Positions 63,866-64,000 of a stretch of 64,000 nt of DNA are shown here, in pieces (within the stretch, counting starts at the first letter, position 1; every line of letters starts with the position of its first letter). The position numbers were made by a program, and so were the translations under genes. The stretch spans positions 10,478,001 to 10,542,000 of the forward strand of contig NC_043002.1 of NCBI RefSeq assembly GCF_006345805.1, read 5' to 3'. The notes under the pieces are model-generated. The model saw nothing but the letters and a program-made list of their open reading frames with translations, did not search any database and was not told where the DNA came from. The stretch is from Octopus sinensis. Taxonomy: Eukaryota.

Positions 63866-64000
63866 ATCACCCGAATGGGGGACAACATTGAATCAGCAGG
63901 AACTGTTCAGAATGACTGCAAGAAAGGTTTCGTAGCATCAAGGACATCGATATGCTCCACAAGTCAAGGAATGGCATTTTAGACGTTCAAGAAAATCCGA

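Overview
Eukaryotic, very AT-rich, microsatellite-saturated animal genomic DNA. The repeat repertoire points to a coleoid cephalopod, probably Octopus (inferred from SINE families I recognise, not a database result). Only one intact host gene is evident: a single-exon-CDS class A peptide-receptor-like GPCR (58084-59196, minus). The rest is a transposon graveyard: mariner and Tc1 fossils, MITEs (one with GG-start TIRs, an 8-bp TSD and internal telomeric repeats), a non-autonomous Helitron, LINE fragments (RTE, CR1, RLE-type), Penelope-like elements (RT + GIY-YIG) and four tRNA-headed SINE families. The most interesting signal is non-coding: a ~680-bp foldback (24064-24742) carries a minimal type-I hammerhead ribozyme with an intact core on each strand. 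Several decayed hammerhead motifs and short foldbacks abut (TA)n tracts elsewhere, consistent with a Penelope-derived ribozyme-bearing retroelement system. Also notable: a SINE head combined with three different 3' tails, and 184-bp SINE multimers enclosed by single TSDs. Most ORFs in the supplied track are microsatellite artefacts. Boundaries of degenerate elements are approximate (tens of bp).
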